Positions 39,378 to 53,054 of a DNA stretch of 64,000 nt are shown in pieces. How positions within the stretch are numbered: the stretch's first letter is position 1; each line of letters opens with the position of its first letter. Where the stretch lies: positions 6,861 to 70,860 of the forward strand of contig NIVC01003899.1 of assembly GCA_002269645.1 (NCBI GenBank). The letters are read 5' to 3'. A program made the translations under genes and the position numbers. This DNA is from Macrostomum lignano (Eukaryota). The notes under the pieces were generated by a model, which saw only the letters and a program-made list of their open reading frames with translations, had not been told where the DNA came from and did not search any database.

Positions 39378-40858
39378 TTAGGTTCTGTGAAGCTTAGGTT
39401 TGTGAAGCTTAGGTTTGTTAAGCTTTTGGATTTGTGAAGCTTTTGGGTTTTTGAAGCTTGGGGTTTGTGAAGCTTAGGATTTGTGAAGCTTTTGGGTTTG
39501 TGAAGATTTTGGGTTTGTGAAGATTTTGGGTTTGTGAAGCTTAGGATTTGTGAAGCTTTTGGGTTTGTGAAGCTTGGGGTTTGTGAAGCTTAGGATTTGT
39601 GAAGCTTAGGGTTTGTGAAGCTTAGGTTTGTGAAGCTTTGAGTTTGTGAATCTTAGGGTTTGTGAAGCTTTGAGTTTGTGAAGCTTAGGATTTGTGAAGC
39701 TTGGGATTTGTGAAGCTTGGGGTTTGTGAAGCTTAGGGTTTGTGAAGCTTTGAGTTTGTGAAGCTTAGGGTTTGTGAAGCTTAGGATTTGTGAAGCTTTT
39801 GGGTTTTTGAAGCTTGGGGTTTGTGAAGCTTAGGATTTGTGAAGCTTTTGGGTTTGTGAAGATTTTGGGTTTGTGAAGATTTTGGGTTTGTGAAGCTTAG
39901 GATTTGTGAAGCTTTTGGGTTTGTGAAGCTTGGGGTTTGTGAAGCTTAGGATTTGTGAAGCTTAGGGTTTGTGAAGCTTAGGTTTGTGAAGCTTTGAGTT
40001 TGTGAATCTTAGGGTTTGTGAAGCTTTGAGTTTGTGAAGCTTAGGGTTTGTGAAGCTTAGGTTTGTGAAGCTTTGAGTTTGTGAATCTTAGGGTTTGTGA
40101 AGCTTTGAGTTTGTGAAGCTTAGGATTTGTGAAGCTTGGGATTTGTGAAGCTTGGGGTTTGTGAAGCTTAGGGTTTGTGAAGCTTTGAGTTTGTGAAGCT
40201 TGGGGTTTGTGAAGCTTAGGATTTGTGAAGCTTTTGGGTTTGTGAAGATTTTGGGTTTGTGAAGATTTTGGGTTTGTGAAGCTTAGGATTTGTGAAGCTT
40301 TTGGGTTTGTGAAGCTTGGGGTTTGTGAAGCTTAGGATTTGTGAAGCTTAGGGTTTGTGAAGCTTAGGTTTGTGAAGCTTTGAGTTTGTGAATCTTAGGG
40401 TTTGTGAAGCTTTGAGTTTGTGAAGCTTAGGATTTGTGAAGCTTGGGATTTGTGAAGCTTGGGGTTTGTGAAGCTTAGGGTTTGTGAAGCTTTGAGTTTG
40501 TGAAGCTTAGGGTTTGTGAAGCTTAGGATTTGTGAAGCTTGGGATTTGTGAAGCTTGTGATTTGTGAAGCTTGGGATTTGTGAAGATTTATGAAGCTTGG
40601 TGTTCGTGAAGCTTAGGGTTTATGAAGCTTAGGATTTATGAAGCTTGGGATTTGTGAATCTTAGAATTTGTGAAGCTTTGAGTTTTTGAAGCATAGGATT
40701 TGTGAAGCTTTGAGTTTGTAAAGCTTTGAGTTTGTGAAGCTTTGAGTTTGTGAAGCTTAGGGTTTGTGAAGCTTGGGATTTGTGAAGCTTTGAGTTTGTG
40801 AAGCTTAGGGTTTGTGAATCTTAGGGTTTGTGAAGCTTAGAGTCTGTGAGGTTTGTGA
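39378..40858. repeat. Minisatellite D, 16-17 bp (TTTGTGAAGCTTAGGG), unit 1
   Basis: About 90 copies ~390 bp upstream of the FkbM ATG. The paralog is only ~130 bp (51590-51722). Confidence 0.95.
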
Positions 40859-41372
40859 GGCCATGCCAAATAGATTTCTAGCATCGGGAAATTTGGAGTT
40901 AACGATAAAGATTCGAGCTTTAGTTTTGGGATCCCGTTATCGAGTATGCAAATGAAAACTACCCCCCCCCCACACACAACACATTTATAATAGTGGCAAT
41001 GCAGTATACTCATTAGTCATTGTTATACCTTGATGCGCTTCTTTAATCCTTAAATACTTAACTCAAATTCCGTTATCGATTTTTCTGTTATTGATCCTGG
41101 GGGGGGGGGTAAGAAGTGGTGGTGCGATAGTTAGTTCCCACGGTAAATTGTATTAGTGCAATATGCCAATTTTCGGTGCTTGCCAATGACTTGAGAGCAT
41201 TGGGTTGGAGACTGATTTATGGCTGGAGGGGCCCGGGCTCGCATTGGAAATTCAGAGATTTACTGTGCGGCCCCATGACTGACCGATCGAAGCCATGCAG
41301 ATCCGGTTGAATAAACACAGGCCAAGAACAGGGAGCAAATGTTATGACTGTTTGTGCCTTCCACGGGAGTCA

Positions 41373-41728
41373 GGTATTCAGGTATTCAAGTATTCAGGTA
41401 CATGTATTTTGGCATTCAAGTATTCAGGTACATGTATTCAGGTATTCAAGTACATGTATTCAGGTACATGTATTCAGGTATTCAGGTATTCAGGTACATG
41501 TATTCAGGTATTCAGGTATTCAAGTATTCAGGTACATGTATTCAGGTATTCAGGCCTTCGGGTATTCAGGTATTCAGGTATTCAGGTACATGTATTCAGG
41601 TATTCAGGTACATGTATTCAGGTATTCAGGTACATGTATTCAGGTATTCAGATATTTAGGTACATGTATTCAGGTATTCAGGCCTTCGGGTATTCAGGTA
41701 CATGTGTTCAGGTATTCAGGAATTCAGG
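41373..41728. repeat. Minisatellite E, 8/14 bp (TATTCAGG / TATTCAGGTACATG), unit 1
   Basis: Tandem copies; the paralog is at 52236-52846. Confidence 0.93.
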
Positions 41729-41934
41729 AATTGTGGACAAATTGTTTTCTACTTCCTTTAATTAATTTATGCTGACTTAAGTCATTGACTAACGCAGATA
41801 TTAGATAAAAAGACAATAAATCAGAATGAAAATTTTAGCGCTGTCAGCTAAAATGCGCAGGTATTGAGGCGCAGATATTGAAATAGTGCAGTGCGCTAAA
41901 AGAGCGCAGCAAAGGTCACAATGCCGCTGCACTC

Positions 41935-44410
41935 TAACGTTTTGAATTAGGCATTTACACCTGCACCAATGTTCTGAATTAGGCATTTACACCTGCACCA
42001 ATGTTCTGAATTAGGCATTTACACCTGCACCAATGTTCTGAAGTAGACATTTTTACACCTGCACCAATGTTCTGAATTAGGCATTTACACCTGCACCAAT
42101 GTTCTGAATTAGGCATTTACACCTGCACCAATGTTCTGAATTAGGCATTTACACCTGCACCAATGTTCTGAATTAGGCATTTTTAATTGCACCAATGTTC
42201 TGAATTAGGCATTTACACCTGCACCAATGTTCTGAATTAGGCATTTTTAATTGCACCAATGTTCTGAATTAGGCATTTTTACTTGCACCAATGTTCTGAA
42301 TTAGGCATTTACACCTGCACCAATGTTCTGAATTAGGCATTTACACCTGCACCAATGTTCTGAATTAGGCATTTACACCTGCACCAATGTTCTGAATTAG
42401 GCATTTACACTTGCATCAATGTTCTGAATTAGGCATTTACACCTGCACCAATGTTCTGAATTAGGCATTTACACCTGCACCAATGTTCTGAATTAGGCAT
42501 TTACACCTGCACCAATGTTCTGAATTAGGCATTTTCAATTGCACCAATGTTCTGAATTAGGCATTTACACCTGCACCAATGTTCTGAATTAGGCATTTAC
42601 ACCTGCACCAATGTTCTGAATTAGGCATTTACACCTGCACCAATGTTCTGAATTAGGCATTTTCACTTGCACCAATGTTCTGAATTAGGCATTTACACCT
42701 GCACCAATGTTCTGAATTAGGCATTTACACCTGCACCAATGTTCTGAATTAGGCATTTACACCTGCACCAATGTTCTGAATTAGGCATTTTTACTTGCAC
42801 CAATGTTCTGAATTAGGCATTTACACCTGCACCAATGTTCTGAATTAGGCATTTACACCTGCACCAATGTTCTGAATTAGGCATTTACACCTGCACCAAT
42901 GTTCTGAATTAGGCATTTTTAATTGCACCAATGTTCTGAATTAGGCATTTTTACTTGCACCAATGTTCTGAATTAGGCATTTACACCTGCACCAATGTTC
43001 TGAATTAGGCATTTACACCTGCACCAATGTTCTGAATTAGGCATTTACACCTGCACCAATGTTCTGAATTAGGCATTTTCACTTGCACTAATGTTTTGAA
43101 TTAGGCATTTAACTTGCACCAATGTTCTGAAGTAGACATTTTTACACCTGCACCAATGTTCTGAATTAGGCATTTACACCTGCACCAATGTTCTGAATTA
43201 GGCATTTACACCTGCACCAATGTTCTGAATTAGGCATTTACATCTGCACCAATGTTCTGAATTAGGCATTTTCAATTGCACCAATGTTCTGAATTAGGCA
43301 TTTACACCTGCACCAATGTTCTGAATTAGGCATTTACACTTGCACCAATGTTCTGAATTAGGCATTTTCACCTGCACCAATGTTCTGAATTAGGCATTTT
43401 CACCTGCACCAATGTTCTGAATTAGGCATTTACACCTGCACCAATGTTCTGAATTAGGCATTTACACCTGCACCAATGTTCTGAATTAGGCATTTTTACT
43501 TGCACCAATGTTCTGAATTAGGCATTTACACCTGCACCAATGTTCTGAATTAGGCATTTTTACTTGCACCAATGTTCTGAATTAGGCATTTACACCTGCA
43601 CCAATGTTCTGAATTAGGCATTTTCACTTGCACTAATGTTTTGAATTAGGCATTTACACCTGCACCAATGTTCTGAATTAGGCATTTTCACCTGCACCAA
43701 TGTTCTGAATTAGGCATTTTTACTTGCACCAATGTTCTGAAGTAGACATTTTTACACCTGCACCAATGTTCTGAATTAGGCATTTACACCTGCACCAATG
43801 TTCTGAAGTAGACATTTTTACACCTGCACCAATGTTCTGAATTAGGCATTTACACCTGCACCAATGTTCTGAATTAGGCATTTACACCTGCACCAATGTT
43901 CTGAATTAGGCATTTACACCTGCACCAATGTTCTGAATTAGGCATTTTTACTTGCACCAATGTTCTGAATTAGGCATTTACACCTGCACCAATGTTCTGA
44001 ATTAGGCATTTTTACTTGCACCAATGTTCTGAATTAGGCATTTACACCTGCACCAATGTTCTGAATTAGGCATTTTCACTTGCACTAATGTTTTGAATTA
44101 GGCATTTACACCTGCACCAATGTTCTGAATTAGGCATTTTCACCTGCACCAATGTTCTGAATTAGGCATTTTTACTTGCACCAATGTTCTGAATTAGGCA
44201 TTTTCACTTGCACCAATGTTCTGAATTAGGCATTTACACCTGCACCAATGTTCTGAATTAGGCATTTACACCTGCACCAATGTTCTGAATTAGGCATTTT
44301 CACTTGCACCAATGTTCTGAATTAGGCATTTTTACTTGCACTAATGTTCTGAATTAGACATTTTTACACCTGCACCAATGTTCTGATTTAGGCATTTTTA
44401 CACCTGCACT
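41935..44410. repeat. Minisatellite F, 32 bp (CCAATGTTCTGAATTAGGCATTTACACCTGCA), unit 1
   Basis: About 77 head-to-tail copies with no spacers. Confidence 0.97.
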
Positions 44411-46067
44411 GTTGCGCTCCAATTTCTGAAGCTGATGAGAAGGACGAACAGGTGGAATAGTTGATCGCGCATCATTTTTGTTGCCTTGACAACTCCACAC
44501 TCATGCCTAATGCATTTGCGTTAACATTTATAGCTCAAACGCGTGGGATAGAATCTTGTCTGAGAGCTTTGTTTTTGTGACATTTGCCATAGAGATAGCT
44601 ACATATTCTTTGACCGGGCCACTCAATCAGTCATAAGATTATAACCATGGATGAAGGAATACACTGGATTGCTCATCTGAAATAGTCTATGGTCGAGTTC
44701 TTTCCTCCAAACTTGGAATTTACCCCCCTAGGAATCTATTGGCTGATGAAAGTTAAAAATAATCCCCTGTAGGACGTGATTGGCTGCTGAATCAGTCTAT
44801 CAAATACATCTTTGGATTTCCCTCAAATTTTCAGCAGCTAGACATGCTTGTAGGTAGAAAAGCCTAAATAAAGCATCACGCTGTTGCCTGCGGACGTCTC
44901 ACCAGCCCTGATCATTAATCACAAAGAGACTGGAATGGGCGACCGGTCTGAGCCTTAACTGGTTTTGTTTTTTATTTAGCAGCGAGGGTTGAAATTACGT
45001 CTCCTATTGCTGTCTGGGATAATCCTCTTGGGGCAAGGATTTTCCTCTTTAACACTAAGGTTGAAGTGATAACGAATGTTACCGATTTCAAACGACCACT
45101 GTATCGTTATCGGAGCAGTACATAATTATTAAGATGCCGATTATTAATACAGCTAGCTCTAGGTGCATAAAATTCCAAAATTATGAATTCTTGATTATGG
45201 TCGCTGCCACCAGTCCAATGTTCCTACTATTAAGATGTAAATATAGAGTTAACAGGTAACACAGAGACACAGAGACAGAGACATACTGCTACAATATTCT
45301 ACGAAAACACTCAAAGTCAAACTCACACCCCGATCTTCGAATTCCCCCTGACTGATTCAGCAGCCAGTCAAGTCCTACAGGGAATTATTTTTAACTTTCA
45401 TCAGCCAATAGCAACTCAAACACACACTCACACAGGGTCTTCGAATTCGAATTGATTTCGACAAGAAGCTCTAGTCAAACTTTGCACACTTCGTGACTTT
45501 GTTAAACAGAAAGGTTTCATCTTTTATTGCATTTCTTGGAAAAAAGCATGACTAAAAATCGCACGAACAGCCACTGAAGTTATAAATTAAAATAGTCGAT
45601 AATAGTACCGTGACTATGGCTTCAGAGCTATTATTATGGTAGATTAAATTAACTGATTGCACAACACAAATTTAGTAACCTAATATGGATTTAAAAGTAC
45701 CAAAGCATTCTGCGCCTTGGAAATGCCTTTGCGCGAAAAGTGCAATAGTACGAAGTAATTAGAATAATAAATTGAAATTCGCTTTGGGAACTGTGCGAGC
45801 ATACGCTACAGAGGCACAAAGTACAGGGACAATGAGCGTGGATCCAAGGCAGGGAAAGTTTTTAACCGCGCAATATTTGAACCCGTCGAAAAAAATCCTA
45901 AATTCAGAGACAAAACGCCTGAAAGAATAGCAAGGACAAAGACCCCTGGGACCCAATTGGTTATTTTTCTTAACTCTGTGGCATTCAAAGCTCATTTTGG
46001 CTACTTGATGCTTCGGTTTGTTCCACAAGGTGAGACTGTGTCTGGTTCCGAATTTAGACAATTATTG

Positions 46068-46612
46068 ATTTTTGTCTATGGTTCCAGAGTTAGACAATGG
46101 TAGATTGTGTCTATGGTTCCAGAGTTAGACAATGGTATAGATTGTGTCTATGGTTCCGGAGTTAGACAATGGTAGATTGTGTCTATGGTTCCGGAGTTAG
46201 ACAATGGTAGATTGTGTCTATGGTTCCGGAGTTGATGTTAGATTGTGTCTATGGTTCCGGAGTTAGACAATGGTAGATTGTGTCTATGGTTCCGGAGTTA
46301 GACAATGGTATAGATTGTGTCTATGGTTCCGGAGTTAGACAATGGTAGATTGTGTCTATGGTTCCAGAGTTAGACAATGGTATAGATTGTGTCTATGGTT
46401 CCGGAGTTAGACAATGGTAGATTGTGTCTATGGTTCCGGAGTTAGACAATGGTAGATTGTGTCTATGGTTCCGGAGTTGATGTTAGATTGTGTCTATGGT
46501 TCCGGAGTTAGACAATGGTAGATTGTGTCTATGGTTCCGGAGTTAGACAATGGTAGATTGTGTCTATGGTTTCGGAGTTGATGTTAGATTGTGTCTATGG
46601 TTCCGGAGTTAC
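46068..46612. repeat. Minisatellite A, unit 2
   Basis: Same 35-bp unit in a shorter array with different variants. Confidence 0.93.
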
Positions 46613-46872
46613 ATGGTATTCAGTAGATAGTGTCCATTGTTCTGGAATCATACTGTACGATACGACACGGATATGCTTTACTGATTCCATGTACGCTCGT
46701 ACTTTACCGAGGCTATTAAAAGTTTTAGGCTGTTGTGCCTGCGCAGCTTCGGATCGCTTTGATCATCGCTTGTTTCTAAGAACCAAGAGAAGCAATCTGT
46801 CGCAGACTACTTAAATTTTTTTGCATTAACGGTGCATGGGACAGACGTGCAGAGCACATATTTACGAGCTAC

Positions 46873-49800
46873 TCAGAGCAGCCAGCGAAAGTCCCGTTGA
46901 ACCCAAAGCACATTATCTGGCCAGGTTAGGGTCCACCCCTGATTCAATTGTGTTTTCCCGTCTACAGAGTGGGCCGTGTAGCCGTGCGAGTTGAAGAAAG
47001 CCAGGACATCGGCGGAGTCCGTGCCCGTGAGGTGCCTGCTGAGCCACTCCATCTGGACGGCCGCCACTTTCCTGTCTTTGAAGAGGCGGCCGGCCGTGCG
47101 CAGGAAGTCGGCCTCGCCGCCTTCGGCGTCCAGCTTCAGCAGCACCATCCGCGTGGGCACCAGCTGGACGAGCTGGTCGGCGGCCAGCGGCATCACCTCC
47201 ACGGGGTCGGGCACCGAGCGGGCGAACTTGGTGGCGCCGCCGATGTTGCAATCAGTTGGATAGTTCAGCCTGGCCAAGCGGCTCCTGTCGGAACTGATGA
47301 AGCTCCACAGGAGGCTGACGGAGCCGTACGGAGCGGCAGAGCTGCTGGCTGATGGTGACTCGGACGGGTTCGCCGACGTAGCTTCGCGCAGGGCCATGCG
47401 AACTCGCATCAGATTGCGGGCGTTGGCGTCCACGGCGATCACCTGTGGAGGAGGTTGAAGATCAAGCTCAAGTTCAGGTATATTTACCAGTATTTCTAAA
47501 TGCCAAGTTTTTTTTTACATTCTTCTTCTTCTTTACAGTAGCTGTCATGGCCGTGGGCGCGCCCATTCATGCACCAGCTTCCTCCACCACTGCCTGTCCT
47601 TTGCTGCTCTTCTTAGCCTCTCCATTTGTCCATCCGGTCCATTCTTTCAGGTCATCCTCCCACTGCCTTTTTGGTCTTTCTCTTCTTTTTTTCACCCTCC
47701 ATTTCTCTTTGAATACAGACATCTGCCATGGCTCCCTTTCTTGTCTGATGTCCGTAATATCTGAGCTTTCTCCGCTTGATGATCGCCTCCAAAGATCCTG
47801 GTTCCTTTCCCAATACCTCCGTAACCTTTCTCTAAACCCAGGCATTTGTCTTTTTCTCTTTCCGTGAAACACTTCTTCTGTAAGATTTCATTTCAAACGG
47901 TTTGAATGTCTCCATAATTTTCTTCCCCAGAGTCCAGCTCTTGCACCCATGTGACCGCCTTTGTAATCTTGAGGCGATTCTTCAAATTGACTCCTTTGAG
48001 CCGCCAAAGTTCCTCAAGCCTTATCATTTCTACATTACTGTAAGTAGAAATGCTCGACTATTTACCGGGAAACCCAGCGCCGCCGCCTGCAGCGTGTAGG
48101 TGCCAATGTTGCAGCCGATATCGATCAGCGTAGCGTTGCCAACGCCAAGGCGCAGCAGGCGGTCTAGCAGCGGCGCAACCAGCGACTCCTCCCAGGCGTG
48201 ATCAGCGACCAGCTTCTCGGTGATGAAGTCGCCTCCCGTGTGGCCCCAGATGGGAACTCGGCGCGGCGCTGGCGAGCCTGCCGCTGGTGATGCAATTCGC
48301 AGCCAGGTTCGGACGCTGCTTTTGCGAAGTCGGCGCTGCAGCCAGGCGGGCGGGTCGGACAGGCGGCACAGCGGGAAGCCGCCGCCCGGCAGGTGTTTGT
48401 ACAGCCGGACACCGTCCAGACAGACGGCCGAGTGGTTGTCCTGGAAAGCCACATTTTCAAAGTTCATTAGTCACGTGATGATCTAGCCACACGTGTTAGT
48501 TGCGCCAGCCCTGCTTGTTCCCTCGGTTAGTAGAGGGAGTTTGATATTTCTCAGCGCAATCTGATAGCACTACTTGCATGCGATGGACAGTAGTATCTAA
48601 CCTTTCTTGCTAGTATCTCATTAAATATAAAATCTTCTAAATCAAGATTTTCTGGATTTATGATTTTTATTCGTAGTAATATCTAAGTAATCTACTGCGT
48701 TACACGAGATCCAATCATACTCGATCCATTTCTAATCTACCTCTATCCGTATATAATATACCTCAATTCAAATCTAATCTACCTCAATTCATATCTAATC
48801 TAACTCAATCCATATCCAAGCTACCTTAATCCATATCGAATTTATCTCAATTCATATCTAATCTAACTCAATCCATATCCAAGCTACCTCAATCTATATC
48901 CGATCTACCTTAATCCATATCGAGTTTAGCTCGTATCTTAATTCATATTTAATCTACCTCAATCCATATCTAATCTATCTCAATCCATAACTAATATACC
49001 TCAATCCATATCTAATCTACGTCGATACATAAATAATCTAACTCAATCCATATCTAATCTACTTCAATCCATATCTAATCTAACTCAATCCGTATCTAAT
49101 CTACCTCAATCCATATCTAATCTAACTCAATCCGTATCTAACCTTAACCTGCATTTCAATCCGTATCTATTACTAATACCACCTATTAACCATTGCTAGT
49201 ATCCGTTGTTTTTTGTAAAGATTAATAGAAACGTTTAAACAAAAAAAAACAATTACTATAGTATTTGTCATGCTATCTCAGCCTAGAGACATCCAAACTC
49301 AGCCAGCCCATCTCGACAGTGCGATTTTTTACGTAAGCCAGTCAAGTTTTACCATAGACATGCTTCTTAAGGCCATGCTATCTCAGCCTGGGACATGCAA
49401 TCTCAGCGTTGTTGCGTACCCTTACTGACTTTTCTTGCTGCGTTCATTCATTGCTGTTTGTTGCCATTTCATGTCACGTTATAGAAATGATAGCATTGAG
49501 ATCTGTTTGCAATTGAAATCTATATTGGCTGAGATTGCATGTCCCAGGCCGAGTTAGCATGGCCTTAAGAAGCATGTCTATGGTAAAAGTCGACTAGCTC
49601 GAGCCAAAAAAACGCATTGCGGAATGGGACTGGCTGAGTTTGGATGTCTCTAGGCTGAGATAGCATGACAAATACTATACTGAAACCATGCTTTCTAGCC
49701 TAGACATCTATATATGCAGATATCGCGAAGAACGAGCACCCCCAGCGAGCCTTGGCATCTCAGCAACTCCCCCATGACCCTTTGGCATCTCAATAACTAC

Positions 49801-51195
49801 CCCGCCATTTATCCTTTGTCATTTATTTGTCATTTTTCCTTAGGGCCCTATTGCATACTCAAAGAGCCCTTGGAAATCAAAGGCAATCGATTATCCAGCA
49901 ATAAACAACAGCTTGAATGCTTCCACAGAGATTAGGCAGTCATGCACAGATTTTAGCGCAGATTCCCTGTGTTAAGCAAAGCCACCCCAAGGCAGGTGTA
50001 GGCAGCAGGCAGGACTCTGCTGGCGGTCATTTGCAACAGGAAAGAGCAAAGGAGGGCAGGAACACAGCCCTGTGCCGGTCGGTTTGTTTAGCAACACAAG
50101 CGCAGGGCAGCACAGAATGAGTCGAGCCTTGTTTAATTTGTGAGGCATTTGACTGTTTTCAGATACTGCATGCTGAAACCATGCTTGACTAGCTGTGTTT
50201 TGCAGACTTCACAGCTACAGTATAATAGGTAAAAAAGGGTTAACAGTTTAGCCTGTAAATCCTGTAACTTCACAGTTTTAACATACATCAAGACGCAGCA
50301 CGAGTACTGCTGACGCAAAAATCATATCATGCAACCCAGGGTTGGGAATTTTGGACGAAGAGTTCTTCCGAATTCTTACCGAAACCCAGTAGATCCAATA
50401 GTAGATCTACAGAATCCCAGTAGATCCAATAGTAGATCTACCGAATCCTAGTAGATCCAATAGTAGATCTACCGAATCCCAGTAGATCTAATAGGTAGGT
50501 CTACCGAATCCCAGTAGATCCAATAGGTAGGTCTACCGAGTCCCAGTAGATCTAATAGGTAAGTCTACCGAATCCCAGTAGATCCGATAGTAGATCTACC
50601 GAATCCCAGTAGATCCAATAAGTAGGTCTACCGAATCCCAGTAGATCCGATAGTAGATCTACAGAATTCCAGTAAATCCGATAGTAGATCTACAGAATTC
50701 TAGTAGATCCAATTAGTAGGTCTACATAATCCCAGTAGATCCGATACCATGTCTACCGAATGCCACTAGATCCGATAATAGGTCTACCGAATACCAGTAG
50801 ATCTAATATAGTAGATCTACAAAATTCCAGTAGATCCGATAGTAGATCTACAGAATCCCAGTAGATCCGATAGTAGGTCTACCGAATCCCACTATATCCG
50901 ATAATAGGTCTACAGAATCCTAGTAGATCCAATAGTAGATCTACAGAATCCCAGTTAGATCCGATCAAGGATATAAACTAGGACGTCAAGGACGGGATCC
51001 GATCCCGTGCAGCGCACAAGAACTCACCTGTTCAACCCACATGGCCAGGTCGCCCAGACTCCGCAGACATTCGCCCCGACCAGACAAGCCAGTTGCAGTG
51101 AAGTTTCGCATCGCGGCCCAGTGCACGATGGCAACCGTCAGTGCAACCGCTATGGAGAACACCAGCAGCTTCTTCCAACGCATATTGCTCAACAT
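46873..51195 (-). CDS. FkbM-family methyltransferase with signal anchor, copy 2 (370 aa)
   Basis: Exons 51028-51195, 48066-48440 and 46873-47442, intact. Differs from copy 1 at C7W, A>E (SANPS[A/E]), F>S (S[F/S]DRS) and A>T (YP[A/T]DC), plus several synonymous changes. Confidence 0.88.
47522..48030 (-). mobile_element. 3' fragment of an RTE-like LINE in FkbM intron 2 (copy 2)
   Basis: Paralog of 35607-36115, so it inserted before the duplication. Confidence 0.8.
48716..49165. repeat. Minisatellite B, unit 2
   Basis: Paralog of 36800-37275. Confidence 0.85.
49259..49677. mobile_element. Tc1/mariner-like MITE (419 bp, ~150-bp TIRs, TA TSD) in FkbM copy 2 intron 1
   Basis: TA|TAGTATTTGTCATGCTATCTCAGCC...GGCTGAGATAGCATGACAAATACTA|TA. 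The empty site AATTAC-TA-CTGAAACC is present in copy 1 (~37355-37370). Confidence 0.9.
50382..50962. repeat. Minisatellite C, unit 2
   Basis: Paralog of 38092-38795. Confidence 0.9.
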
Positions 51196-51589
51196 GAGTG
51201 GAAAAATATTCGATCAGCTGTAGGGCAGCTTAGGTTATACTTATCTCTCAGCTTGATTGAAAGCTGGGCAGAGTGACAGACAGAGTCGATAAGGCCGAAA
51301 GCATTGGCAGAGTAACTTTTTGTGCGCTCTGGATGATGCTCGGTGAAAGCACGCGGAGCTCCTATTGGCCAGAATGTCACAAACCCATTTGCCGTGTTTG
51401 CCTGCCTGTCTCCAAAAGTAGGGGGGGGAGGTTTGCAAAGGCTTGTTTGCTTTGCTGTGAGTGTAGAGCCATGGGGCGGATTTCTATAGCAATATGGAGA
51501 CCAAAGGGCAAGTTGTTTGTTTTACATGGATTCACATTTCCGCTATGGAATTGCTTCAGTCGGCATGTGGCAACCAGCTTGAATGAGAC

Positions 51590-51722
51590 TTAGGTTCTGT
51601 GAAGCTTAGGTTTGTGAATCTTAGGATTTGTGAAGCTTAGGGTTTGTGAAGCTTGGGATTTGTGAAGCTTGGGGTTTGTGAAGCTTAGGATTTGTGAAGC
51701 TTAGGGTTTGTGAGGTTTGTGA
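51590..51722. repeat. Minisatellite D, unit 2 (short)
   Basis: About 8 copies of the TTTGTGAAGCTT unit. Confidence 0.9.
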
Positions 51723-52235
51723 GGCCATGCCAAATAGATTTCTAGCATCGGGAAATTTGGAGTTAACGATAAAGATTCGAGCTCTAGTTTCGGGATCCCA
51801 TTATCCAGTATGCAACTGAAAACTACCCCCCCCCACACACACAACACATTTATAATAGTGGCAATGCAGTATACTCATTAGTCATTGTTATACCTTGATG
51901 CGCTTCTTTAATCCTCAAATACTTAACTCAAATTCCGTTATCGATTTTTCAGCTATTGATCCTGGGGGGGGGTAAGAAGTGCTGGTGCGATAGTTAGTTC
52001 CCACGGTAAATTGTATTAGTGCAATATGCCAATTTTCGGTGCTTGCCAATGACTTGAGAGCATTGGGTTGGAGACTGATTTATGGCTGGAAGGGCCCGGG
52101 CTCGCATTGGAAATGCAGAGATTTACTGTGCGGCCCCATGACTGACCGATCGAAGCCATGCAGATCCGGTTGAATAAACACAGGCCAAGAACAGGGAGCA
52201 AATTTTATGACTGTTTGTGCCTTCCACGGGAGTCA

Positions 52236-52846
52236 GGTATTCACGTATTCACGTATTCACGTATTCACGTATTCAGGTATTCGCGTATTCAGGTATTCAC
52301 GTATTCAGGTATTCGCGTATTCACGTATTTAGGTATTCACGTATTCAGGTATTCACGTATTCAGGTATTCAGGTATTCAAGTATTCAGGTACATGTATTC
52401 AGTATTCAGGTATTCACGTATTCAGGTATTCACATATTCAGGTATTCAGGTATTCAAGTATTCAGGTATTTAGGCCTTCGGGTATTCAGGTATTCAAGTA
52501 TTCAGGTACATGTATTCACGTATTCAAGTATTCAGGTATTCAGGTATTCAGGTATTCACGTATTCACGTATTCACGTATTCAAGTATTCAGGCCTTCGGG
52601 TATTCAGGTATTCACGTATTCAGTTATTCAGGTATTCAGGCCTTCGGGTATTCAGTTATTCAGGTATTCAGGCCTTCGGGTATTCAGGTATTCACGTATT
52701 CAGGTATTCAGGTATTCAGGCCTTCGGGTATTCAGGTATTCACGTATTCAGGTATTCAGGTATTCAGGCCTTCGGGTATTCAGATATTTAAGTATTCGGT
52801 TATTCAGGCATTCAGGAATTCAGTATTCTGCGTTCAGGTATTCAGG
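52236..52846. repeat. Minisatellite E, unit 2
   Basis: TATTCAGG/TATTCACG variants. Confidence 0.93.
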
Positions 52847-53054
52847 AATAATGGGCAAATTGCTTTCTACTTCCTTTAATTAATTTATGCTGACTTAAGA
52901 CATTGATTAACGCAGATATTAGATAAAAAGACAATAAATCAGAATGAACATTTTAGCGCTGTCAGCTAAAATGCGCAAGCATTGAGGCGCAGATATTGAA
53001 ATAGCGCAGTGCGCTAAAAGAGCGCAGCAAAGGTCACACTGCCGCTGCACTCTA

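Larger units (their letters stand above)
32600..44430. repeat. Tandem segmental duplication, unit 1 (11.8 kb)
   Basis: Begins GCTGATGAGAAGGACGAACAGG and ends GTTGCGCTCCAATTTCTGAA. Collinear with 44431-55488, and the unique portions are nearly identical. Confidence 0.95.

Noticed and set aside
41935-44410. Regular 32-bp repeats resembling a CRISPR array (also 53055-55470)
   Set aside because: The units are head-to-tail with no unique spacers, there are no cas genes, and the context is eukaryotic.
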